Shown here in pieces: positions 1 to 16,444 of a stretch of DNA of 64,000 nucleotides (its first letter is position 1; each line of letters starts with the position of its first letter). Position numbers and translations under genes: made by a program. The stretch covers positions 2,170,001-2,234,000 of the forward strand of contig JBHGNT010000016.1 in assembly GCA_043228905.1 (NCBI GenBank), in the 5' to 3' direction. The notes beneath the pieces were generated by a model. It ran no database searches. It was given only the letters and a program-made list of their open reading frames with translations, and was not told the DNA's origin. This DNA comes from Azolla caroliniana (Eukaryota; Plantae; Polypodiophyta).

Positions 1-200
1 AAGTGAAAAGGATGGGGAGAGTATTACAGCATTCTCCATATCTCCTACACATTCTTCCATATCTCATACAATAAATAAACAACACAAGATTCTTCCATAC
101 CTTTGGAAGAAAGAGGAAAACACATAAAATAATTCATCGACAGAAGGGTTTTGGTGATATGGATACCACCCTCACAACAAAGAATGTTTCTGAGACTTAC

Positions 201-430
201 CATAAACGAGTGAGCTAAGAGACAACAGTTATCGCAGAGATCGAGCTGGCTATGACTAACAGATGCGGGAAAGAGGCGATGATTAATACGCAGAGCTGCA
301 GTTAGGTGCAGAGAAACGGAAGCGTAATGGAGACCGTGAACGAAATAGAGAAACAGTAGCGTAATGGAGAACATGAACGAAAGCAGAAAGCAGTGTGTAC
401 TGGAAGAAGAAGAAGAATACTGCAAAGGGT
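201..430 (-). other. Probable first exon or 5' region of a minus-strand gene cut by the left window edge
   Basis: Minus strand has a CT-rich leader (TTC repeats, a 36-bp direct repeat) ending in ...TTTATG|GTAAGT, a consensus donor (GT at 200-199). Product not identifiable. Confidence 0.35.
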
Positions 431-3045
431 ACTGCTCAACTTTTCTTTATCTCACAAAAAATGCCCCTCCTGTAAAACGAACCAAAAAATAAATACCAGG
501 CAATACATATGTACGTGCCTAGAGACTCAAGAGCCCGAGAGAGCTTGCAGGGGCACCGACGAAATATAAAGATGTCTGAAGGGTATTTAGGGAAATAAAG
601 AAAGATTCGAGAGTATTTCATGGCTTATCCCTTCTGTTATATGCAGATAAGCGTTACGTTTATTAGACATGTATGTTGCATTGTTGCCTTTGTTTTCAGC
701 TTATGATCAAAATGTAGTATTCTATTAGCATTGTCCATATATCCCTTGAATAGAATATCAACAAAATTCCTTCCTAAAAACGAAACCTATAACTAATTCG
801 AGTGTCCACCTATAAGGTAACAAAAAATGTTGATGCTTGCTCACAACTTATCAATAGGCCAATTAAAAAGGTTTTTGTCGATCATTGGTATTGGTAGGGT
901 TTGATCCCACTTTCTTGGTTGTCTAGAAATTTTGTTAGCACCAACAAGGCAAAAACAAATGTTGTCCAAGGATTTTGTGAGTTAATTAGAGATTCAACCA
1001 ATGATTTTGCGCTTATATTTTTGTTGGTTTGTTCTACCTTAATCGAGAGATAATTTGTTTCAAACTTAAAACAAATGATCGGCAAATATTTGTTTATACA
1101 TGAAGTCGCTCAAAATGATGGATCTCAGATATGCCGTAAATAGAACTATAGAATCGTGATGGGTAGCTAGCAAGGTTATATTTGGATTAAACGACACTGA
1201 CTTCTATTGGAAAATGTTCATTCTTACAACTCTTGTGGTAAGCTTCAACGTAGCGTTGGTTTCTCTCTTGAATGTATGTCATATGTATGCTCTCGAGATA
1301 TCTTAACGACAAAGTGATTGAGATGCATCCATTAGGTTATGACCTCTTGATTTAAAGAAGAAGAAAAGGCATTTACATAAAACAGTTTCAAGGGTTAAAG
1401 TGACCTCAATTACTACATAATAAGTGGTTCTTTTTTGTTGTTGCCAAATACATATACGAGACGTATTAAATCCATGTTAGACACAACGAGAAGGATGAGA
1501 AACTATACAAGCAATGATCATTCTATATGTGTATGACTTTATTGTCATTAAATACACATTTCAATAACATTGGCATCCTAGTAGTAGGAGAAATAGAGAC
1601 AATAGATAGGAAACCAACATACCTAGGTGTGAAATGGCCTAAGGCCAATGTAAACATTATAAATCTCACTTTTCAACTTTTTTACACTTCTTCTCATCTC
1701 TTGTTGTTGCAAGCTTAGTCATCCTCTATCGAGTATTTAGAGTCTTATGAATCCTATCTTAAGAGACTCAAGCTTCATTTTATGAAGTTGATATTAGTGG
1801 CAATTACTTTTCCTTGGTATGTTTCCAGTCATTTGGGTTATGTTAAACTGTGTGGATAAATTTATGTAATTCATATACTTTTAACTAGTATCGAGTTACT
1901 ATTGATCAAGTGAAGCTCACCTAGATGGTCATCACTAACACTAGTAAGCTTAGGATGGTTTGACACCTTTACCTACAGGCATCATCAACACTAGGGTAGA
2001 CATCAATCGAACTCTACCTATTGATACTAATGCAAAAAAAAAGGTTGTGCATACGAGGAAGTGTTAGGGGGAAATCCCAAAACTCAAATTGACAATGATC
2101 ATCCTCTATTCGCACAATTTGGTCATCATGGAATATCAAGGCATTTAGATGTTGGGCCAAATGCGGAAATACTCAAATGGAGGTCTTATAAAAGATGGGA
2201 TTGTTGCAAAGGATTGATATGTTAACATGGATCAAATACCAGTCTCTACCCCAAAGTATGTTGTATTTGAGAAATATGTAAAAGGAATTTGGTGTTTTAC
2301 AACATGTATAATTGATTCAACACATGATAAGGCAAAGTAAAGATATTGGAAGATAACATGATTGGTTTCTAGGTGTCCAGAGGGCATTGTTAGATACCTT
2401 TATGATTATTAAGTTTGAGCAAGGACAAAAGTTGGCAATGTATTTTTACTCTAACTTGCATGAACATGACGAAAATAACTTACTTACAAAACAAGATGTG
2501 AAGTATTAATATGTCAACCATTTCTCGAGGAGTTTAGAATAGAAAAGGGTAGATTATTTATCATCCATGAGGGGGTAATTTTTGACATATGGTCCTATGG
2601 GACCAAGGAACATATAATCTTGGACATGACATGACTCCTTCTTAAGATGGGGGCATAGATTGACACATGCGTGATATTCATAATATTCAAGAATACGAAA
2701 TCACCCCAAGAATATTATAAAACCATTCATTTTGCAAAATACATATTAAAAAATTATTTATTTAAAATAAAATTATTTCACCAAAAAAAGAACAATTATT
2801 CATTAATAGATTATAGTGTCAGGAGAGTTTATGAAACTTATTTTAATTAATTAATTTTAAAAAATAAATATTTTTATATTTATTATAAAAATATGATTAA
2901 TGTGAACTTTCAAGTCCTATTTTTAATGTCAAGATAAAAATATCCATAAATTTTGAGGGAATAAAAAGTGAAAAATTATAAAACGAATACTTATAGTTAT
3001 AAGTTACACATTTATTATAAAAATTGAGTAGTGTCAAGTCCCTCT

Positions 3046-6011
3046 ATTTTATTTTATTTTTCCAAAATGAAGCTACTTTCCCATTAGTTAGGAAGGATTA
3101 ATACATAGAGAGTCTACAAGGAGACGTATACACACATCGGGGAGTCTTCCTCCGATCAAGTAAAAGAAGATGAGCCTACTTACAGTGCATTGCGGCCTAA
3201 CTTAATGTAAGAAGCTACCTATATCTAAGGCGATGCCCTTCAATGTTGCCTAGTACGAGTCGGCTCTTGGGGCCTACAACGAAGAGAGGGTGGCAGGTGA
3301 GTAGGAAACAACCAGCGTGGGGGCTGGTAATTCCACCTTGGGCCACTCTCGCCTTGCATCACCATAGGTGTGTTCCTCCATTTCTGCCAAAAGCGCAACC
3401 GAGCAGAGATCACGTCGTTGGAGTGGCTGCAAATCTCTTCCAGTTGCCCTCGTAGGCAATTGATAATCGCGAACCATATGTCCATGATCACTTCCTCCGG
3501 GGGCTGTACCGTACCTTGGAAAACCTTGAGGCAACGCGCTTTCCATATGTACCACAAGGTGAAACCTGCGATCAGCATCCAGATTTCTGGAAACCTAGAG
3601 GATGCGGGCTGCAAGCCTCTTTCGAAACGGATCTTGACGATTTTGCCTCTCGTGCATACATAGCACCAACTATCTGCATTGACGATGTCCGTCCACCCTT
3701 CGACCGAGTGACCAGTCCATGCCGCAGCACTCCACGAGGTTGTTCCTTCAACTTCACACGCCGCAAGGAGGCGAGTCACTCTATCCCAGATCTTTTGAGA
3801 TTGAGGGCAATCCCACAGACAATGTCTCAGAGTCTCAATAGGTCGAGAGCACTGTGGGCAGCCTAACGGGCCGCCGCGTTTATCTAGCCATTCGCCAACG
3901 GGCACCACATTATGACCAATCTGCCACCAAAAGAGCTTGATCTTTTCAGGCATGTGGAGACGCTAGAGACCTTTCCAAAAGGTAATGAGCGCCTCATCGG
4001 GGATGCCCAATGTTCGCCAGCCATTGCGAAGGGGGCTGCCTAGCTGCAGTTGCAAAGTCCGACCCAATTTAGTGGTGTAATCGAAGAAGTGCTGGAGTCT
4101 ATCATCATGTTTCGATCTAAAATCCCCTGGGTCCCAATCCAACTCGACAAGGGGGCGACAATCATATACCCTTAACCTCCAATGGGGTTCCACCTTAGCA
4201 ACATCCGGGTCTGTCTTCCAGATGTTGTCAACTTGTGCCACCACTCGGATTGGGTGCCAAGAGCCCCTACTCTGACTATCCCCAAAAATTGTATCTCTCC
4301 CCGATCCGCTCACACCCTTTAGTGACTTGACCATTCCAACCTCGTCAAAGAGACCGAACCATGCAGGTTCTCTCGCCTCCCCCATCGAAACCCTGTCAAC
4401 TGCCTTAGCTATCAGTCTCCGCATTTTCGTAGCTCCCTTGAGGGGCGGGAAAAGGTCCTCTTGGGCTCTTCCTGAAACAGCCATGCTTCTCCAATCGTCT
4501 ATAGATAGGAGGCCTGTTTGTGCCAGCTTTCCCCATGTTAGGCCCTTAAGTTGCCCTAACATCGTGTCGTCACTTGTTCACACGTGAGGATTCCAAAATA
4601 GTGGTTGTCTAGTCCATTCGGTCAATGTCTCCGGGGTGTGTTTGACCAAATGTTGTCGTAAATGGCACCATGCCCGCAAGATGGAGTTCGTGACCCTGTC
4701 CTCCGGATGGCAAGCTAGCTTGGGTGGGACTCCGCTCGTGCAACACCAATTCAAGGAGTCGGGCCAAGGCCTACCATACTTGGGAGTCCCTGCTTGCAGC
4801 CTGTTGCGAAGTAGTACCTTCCAACACCCCTTACCTGGCAGGAGGCAGCGAACCACCATTTTAGCCAGCAATGAACGACTTTGCATTAAGGGGTCTATGA
4901 GGCCAAGCCCCCCTTTGGCCCGCGGTTGCGTTAACCAACACCATGACACTCTGGCAACAGCCCTTGGGTTGTCCTTACTTGACCATATAAACCCCCTGAT
5001 GGCAGCCTTAATCGCGTGCAGATCTGCAAGGTCCATAATCCAGCAGGAGACTGAATGCCACATGGTAGCGAGGAACACTTGGTTCGCAACAAGGACCCTA
5101 CCAGCGAAGGATAGTTTAGATCTACTCCATTGGTTCAACTTCCTATTTATTTTGGCTTGTACGTGGGCCAATTGCGCTCCCTTTGGGATTGACCTCCCCA
5201 TCGTAAATCCAAGGTACTTGAACGTTGTCCCATTAGGGACCCACATAAAATCGGCATGGGGTTGCCATCTTGGTTTCTCTTGTTCGCTGAACCATAGGCC
5301 TTGGGTTTTATTCCAATTGATCTTGGCACCAGCCGCCTGACAAAAGTCCTCGACAAGATGTTCAGCCTGCTGCAGATTCTCCTCATCACCTTGCAATAAA
5401 AGAAACGTATCGTCGGCATATTTAGATAACAGCAAATCTTCAGTCGCATTGGGGATGGGCAATCCCCGCAACCCGCTGGTTGGTGCTTGTAAGTAGGCGA
5501 AGAAAGCCTCGGTTACAAAGAGATAGAGATATGGGGCTAGGGGACAACCTTGCCTCACTGAGCGTTGTAGTTGGAAGGTGGGTCCCCTAGAACCAGCCAA
5601 CAACACGCTACTCGTAGCTATCCGATAGAGTGCAAAAGTGCAATTCCTCCATTTTTGAGGTAGGCCCAAAGCTCGCATCAAATTTTCCAAAAAGGGCCAT
5701 AACACCCGGTCGTAGGCCTTCTCGAAGTCTAACATCAGAATAGTCGAGCTCGATACGGAGCGGCCGGCCAATGCCATAGCTTCCCAAAGAAGCACCACAT
5801 TATCAAAGATACACCTGTTCTTGACAAATCCAGTTTGATTGTCATGTATGATGTCCGGTAAGAAGCTTGCTAGCCGCCGAGCTAGGACTTTAGCGAGTAT
5901 CTTGTATGCCGTGTTAAGGATCGTGATTGGACGCCACTGGCGCAACTCTAGGCTTCGCTCTGACGCTTTGGGGATGAGATATATTGTCCCTCTATTATTA
6001 TCCCTATTTAT
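3046..6011 (-). mobile_element. 5'-truncated L1-type LINE retrotransposon (ORF2 RT to zf-RVT), inactivated
   Basis: ORFs 6017-4578, 4562-3963 and 3953-3240 share one frame, split only by TGA (4580-4578) and TAG (3965-3963). RT motifs WRPITILN, QTGF, LDFEKAYDRV, RQGCPLAP, YADD, KYLG; zf-RVT CPQC..ETLRHCLWDC. A-rich tail at 3046-3061. TSD tgtcaagtccctct (3032-3045) vs tgtcaagttccttt (6012-6025), 12/14. Confidence 0.92.
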
Positions 6012-8949
6012 TGTCAAGTTCCTTTTTTTTTATCCTAAGAAATTTAAAAAAATAAGTTTGTGTACTCTTCTTCTTCTTCTTTTGGGTTAAACGAATACTT
6101 GACCACCCATTCGAATGGGTAATCCCACGAATGCGAATATGTCAATGTTTAGATGGGGGGTTACTACCTTGTAGTAAAATCTCTCTATTCATGGGCCAAT
6201 ATTGGCCTTAGAAAACGTAAGATATCTTTCTTTCTATGCAAAAATAATGCATTGACATACATACTATGAAAAAACGCATTCCAATCAAGCCATGAGATTC
6301 TCATAATTGTTTGTGATTTATCATTGAAAGATATCCATGTAAGGAAGTTTGTGCCATACTAATGAATTGAATCTTTTCCATTTACTCTCTAATTTTTTTT
6401 ATTTATAGAAATATGTCCCAAAGTTTGGAAACGATTATTGTTGACAAGTAGACCTCAACATCACAATTATTGTTGACACATAGTCGGAGAGACACAAAAT
6501 GCTTGCTAATATGAAGTGGATGTAGAATAAAAACAAGTGCATAGAACATAATACAAAAATGTTCATTGATGGGGGTACATTGAACATTATATTGTAGCAA
6601 CATGCATGGCTTTTGTGTTTTGCAACAAAAATTTAGTTGGTGCATTACAAGAACTCTAGAAAAGTCTACAAAAGAGTGGAGGAGTTACTAAAACTCCATA
6701 AAAGATGTTGGTATGTAGTTTAATAAGGAATGGGGAGTTACAAAAGAGGAATATGTTGCACATGAAAGATGCCTAGGAATGATAGGTCATCGAATATAAG
6801 GTTAGGTGTCCCATGCACACGTCAACATTTGGAAAGGCATCACATATTTGCATAAATATTTTGAAATTCTCCCATGTACGAAACTTGTAAACATTCCCCT
6901 TGTATACTTACACAAAAACTAAAAATCTTACCCGTACCTTTTATTAATGCATATAGTAGATTTGTTTGAAGTAATTGAAGTTGCCTCAAAGTACTAGGTT
7001 GAACACATGCAAGCTTGAAGAGCCCCAAGTCTAAGTAATAAAATATCATGTACGAATTCACTTAGTTTGTCCCATTCTTTATATGACATCATCAACACAA
7101 ATATAGGCAGTAATCCGATCTTCAAGGCATTATATTACCTCATAATGTGTGGAAAAGCAATGTATGTTGCATGCAACACGATACCTCCCTTTCTTCTCGA
7201 ACACTTGAACATCCCAACCCATTGCCCCTTACACATATTGGTATATGATAATATTTATAATCCATAACCCGTTATTATATACCCATGTGGTGTATCCTAT
7301 TAAAATGCCATGCTTGCTAATAACAAAGATTCGATAAACACAAAAAAGTGCATAGAAACAATCAAATATGCAATGAGTCCTCTCTAAATAAAATACAGTT
7401 ACGGATTTAGGACAAATTTCTTGAAGATGAAATGAACCCCCGAATAAGAAAGGGTGACCGGTAGATAAATATACATTGCTTGAGCATAAGATTAACCTTA
7501 TGAAGTATACTATGTCATGTTAAATGTTTTGCATAAACAAAGGAGATTCTTGTATAATCTTTATTTGGAAAATGAACGAGGCATGATATACACTCTACTC
7601 AAACAAAGGAGAGTAACACTTTATCAATCCTACATTAGAATGTAGTATCATTGGTTTCATGACAAGGATAGTACATCCTTATACATAACCCAGTGCACAA
7701 CCATTGTCTCTTAAGCATTGAAAATATGTATAGAGTTCCACATAGGAAGACTTTATGAAAAGTGGATGGCCCACATACATTAGACACTCTACATCATATA
7801 GAGGAATATTCTCGTGCAATACTTTAATGAGCCTCTTGTGTTGCAATGGGGACTCCATTACAACCTTACGAATAACCATGAGCCACATGTGTTATACCCT
7901 CTACATAAGCAAACATTTTCTTGTAGCACTTTTTGGATCCCATATGTCAATCATATTGGCCTCTCAAAGATGATATAGATCAACATCATCATCTATCCAA
8001 AGGTTGTGATTGTGAACCACATATTGCGACACATTTTTTACACATACATTAACTCTTTTTTTATTTGGCAAAAAAATAAAGTTCTTGTAATAGTGCTCTA
8101 ACATATAAAGCATGAGGTACCTTGCGAATTTAGTGATCGTCACGTGAAGGGTGGATTTCGCAAGTGATGCCACTTCATCTAACACAACGACACATTGTCA
8201 AGGGACAAAAATACCCATAAGAGAATGCTTCGTTATGCAAGATCGATAAACCTTACAAATGACGAACATGTTGGACCACTCCACTATGTTCATTTATTAA
8301 TGAAGCATTTTTAAAGCCAGAATTGTGTCAAAAAACTACCTCAATGGGGATGCCAACATGCGTCAAGAGCTGTTTGCTACCACCAAACAAATATTGCTAT
8401 ATTCTCTAAGTGTTCTTGTGTTAGCTAGGTATTCAATACTTAAATGCCCAAAAAAAGCTACCCAGAGATGTCACACAAATTGTATAAGAGATCGCCGTAA
8501 CTCTAGGCCATTTGAGGTCCATTTGGCACATATGTACCAATGACCCAAAAAATTTCCCTTCCATAAATAACCTTCCTGACAATTAAATAATCTATAAATA
8601 TATAGATATGTGTGAAATCTCACATAAATATAACTATACCATAATATTACTCAAACAAACTCCAACATGATAGCCATGTTTCGATTGATTGAGGATTGAC
8701 CCTTTGAACAATTGTAATGATACGCCATACATAATACATTTCACTCATTCCATATATAGCACATGAATACATTTAGAAGGGGATTGAGTTCCCACCAATA
8801 CATTCCCTTTGTCCTAATGTAATCTCCCAATATGCCATACACATTTTATCAAAGGGATTAGACATGGACGATCATATGAAGTGACATGTCACACACAAAC
8901 ACATGCACGCACGCGCACACGCGCACACACACACACACACATGCACACA

Positions 8950-9681
8950 TAACAATCAACAACGGTTTGGTTCGGTTTGAGGGGGTCAAAACGAACCGGT
9001 TTGGAACTGAATTGTTTAAATTTTTTGAAACCTGAACAAAACTGAACCACGAAACCGTGGTTCGGTTTCGGTTTTCAACTTAGGTCAAATTTAAAATTTA
9101 AAATTTTATAATATTGTGGTGTGTAACAATCGGCAACGGTTCAGTTTGAACCGAACTGAACCGTGGTTTAAACGGTTTAACAGTTTTATATTTTTTTTAA
9201 ATTTAAAAAATCGTTTTTAAACAATCTTTTCATTTTTAGACCTTATTTGACATTTTAGGAACATCTAAAAAATGTTAAAAATTTTAAAAAATGAAATATT
9301 ATAAATTTAAAAAAATTAAAAATTAGACCTATGTTGAAAACCGAAATTGAACCACGAAACCGCGGTTTTTACGGTTTAATGGTTTAACGGTTTCGTGGTT
9401 TGTGTCAGGTTTCAAAAAATTTAAACGGTTCGGTTTGGACCCTCTCAAACTGAACCAAATCGTTGCCAATTGTTAGTGGTGTGCATGTATGTATGTGCAT
9501 TTCACATATTTCAGGGTTTAGGGTTCGGTTAAGCCACGGTTTAGGGTTCGGTTAGGGTTTAGGGTTCTGATTGTTGAAACCGAAAAGAACTATTCTAAAA
9601 ACCCTAAACCGAACCGTTGAAACTGTTAAGCCATGGTTTCACGGTTCGGTTCGGTTCAAACCGAACCGTTGCCAATTGTTA
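8950..9681. mobile_element. hAT-like MITE, outer copy
   Basis: TIRs TAACAATCAACAACGG...CCGTTGCCAATTGTTA, many AACCG/CGGTT subterminal repeats. 8-bp flanks tgcacaca (8942-8949) and cgcacacg (9682-9689) differ only by CpG-type transitions. Confidence 0.75.
9124..9475. mobile_element. hAT-like MITE, inner copy of the same family in opposite orientation
   Basis: TIRs TAACAATCGGCAACGG...ATCGTTGCCAATTGTTA; perfect 8-bp TSD gtggtgtg at 9116-9123 and 9476-9483. Confidence 0.85.
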
Positions 9682-10192
9682 CGCACACGCACACACACAA
9701 ACACAAAGATGAATGCTTGCTAGTTTAAGCATTTGAGTGGCCTTAAAAGAAAAACACATGAGCTAGATTTAGTTCCAATACCCTCGACGTTGATGCGTAT
9801 ATGAAGAGGAGGAGATTGAAATGGAAGCACACTATTTATGGGTCCCTGAGTTCATGCTTCTCGCTTCGCCCGGACAAGCATCATCATCATCCATATGAGA
9901 TCTCTAAATGTGTGACACACAAAGACCACATAGCCCTCTCTTTTTAGATAATGGGAAAATATTGAGGATATAGATATAGCCATAAAAATTCAGACAACCA
10001 CATCTTGTAAGGATATCTAACTATAAAAATATGATAATATAAATAAATACACACAAACCTATATATATAGAGAGAGAGGGGAGTCAATTGGGCGGCTGCC
10101 CAAACCTGTTTGGCCAAGAAAGCTGCCCAAAGGACCCTGTTATCTCTGCTCCTGTCTCTGTCTCTGTCTCTGTCTCTGTCTCATACCTTCTC

Positions 10193-14641
<4,449 letters not shown>

Positions 14642-15616
14642 TTCCTAAGGAAGCTAAGCAAATTGCGGTGTCTATATAAAAATTATATTGTAAGCTATTT
14701 GGAAAAATCTAGAATTAACATGTGAACCCGAAAATATGGTCTACATGTTTTGATTCTCTCTTATTTGCTACATCGATTCTTCGGCCCTTCTTGGTTTGTA
14801 TTTTTAAACTCAATACTCCATTATTGGTCTATGTTTTGACCTATAACTATATATAGAAGTGTTTGTCCTTTGCTAACTTTATCAGACCTTTTAAGAAATA
14901 TATGCACAATAATGTTGAGCAGCCTTCCAGGATGGATTCATGAACCTTATCTGAACATTGTATTGTAAACTTGTATCAAAATATTGCTGTCATGGGATAG
15001 GGGAGATGGATTTAGTTCTTTTCTATTAAATACTCCGAGGGCTCTTATGCTACAGAATGTGTAGAGGCATTTCAAGTGTTCAACCTAAGTTGAATTAAGT
15101 GATGTTAGCTCAAGTTTTTCCATTCCTCATATAGAAGTGGAGAATGTCTAATAACATTATACAAAATTGATTAGGTATATTTGGAAGTTTATAATGCATA
15201 CAATAATTTAGACATATAACACAGTTGGTTAACCCTCATCATTCGCTTCTGAATTTGCACTTGAAACATAGCTTGGTAAAACAATCGAGTTACAAATAAG
15301 TTGGGCCATCGATTTGTCTATTTTTTCCCACATGGCTGTAGGGCTCATTATGCTTTTGAAAGCACTTTGAAAATTAAGCAATATCAAAGGTGATATGGTC
15401 AATTAATATACTGTAATGTAGGAAGAGCAAAAAGTAACATAATAGGGTGACTATATGATTATGAGTGTCACTTTGAAAGATCAAATGAGGATGCCTTTAG
15501 AGATCCTAGAACTTTAAAGCATGCTATTATGCATTGCGGGCTTGAGTTAATGTACATAGGACATAGGAAACATCAACTTTTTTCCTAGCAAACAAGAAGA
15601 TTGTGTATAATGGTGT

Positions 15617-16444
15617 GTGTTATCATAGTTTGCATATGGAAAAAAGGAAGGTCCATACTAGAAATGGGCTTTCCACATGAGAGTTCATACAAAAAAGCAT
15701 TGCACCCATGAAAAAGACATAAGTATTTATATATTCATGCTCTAGGTTAATGTATTTTACTTCAGAAAACTTGGACGTGCACCCTCGAGGATTGTGTAGA
15801 TAAAATATTGGCCATGTAGATTATACAACCTTGGTTAGTATTCATGCACTCAATCAATGTATTGTTTATCATGATAAATTGTGGCCCAAGTCAAGAAGCT
15901 TTAATTACTAATATGTGTCATGAATTATTGTCAAAACTTACATTGCCATTCCTTTTACAACAACAACATATCCACATGCTCATCAAACTGGAGAGAGTCA
16001 GAGACATACTAAAGTGTCAAGAAACACGTGTTTCCATAGTTTGCATATAGGAAAAAGGAAGGTCCATACTATAAATGGGCTTTCCACATTGGAGTATATA
16101 TGAAAATGCATTGCACCCATGAAAAAGACATAGTATTTATAAATTCACGTTGTAGGTTAATATGTTTTACTTTAGGAAAAAAAGTAGTTTCAACTTGGAC
16201 TATGGACATGCACCCTCGAGGATTGTATAGATAAAATATTGGCCATGTACATTATACAACCTTGGTTGGTATTCATGCACTCAATCAAAGTAGTGTTCAT
16301 AATAATAAATTGCGGCCAAGTCAAGACGCTTTACTTACTAATTTGTGTAATGAAATATTGTCAAAACATGTATTACCATTGCTTTTACAACAACGTATCC
16401 ACATGCTCATCATACTAGAGGCATACGAAGGTATCAACGAACAC
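15617..16444. repeat. Diverged ~410-bp tandem duplication
   Basis: Copies ~15617-16027 and ~16028-16444 share catagtttgcatat..ggtccatact..aaatgggctttccacat..gcaccctcgaggattgt..tccacatgctcatca. Confidence 0.85.

Noticed and set aside
150-176. TGGTATC on the minus strand as a possible LTR primer-binding site
   Set aside because: Does not continue as TGGTATCAGAGC and has no adjacent LTR end.
3243-5449. Overlapping plus-strand and alternate-frame ORFs (e.g. 4636-5340, 234 aa)
   Set aside because: Shadows of the GC-richer LINE ORF2 with no independent motifs.
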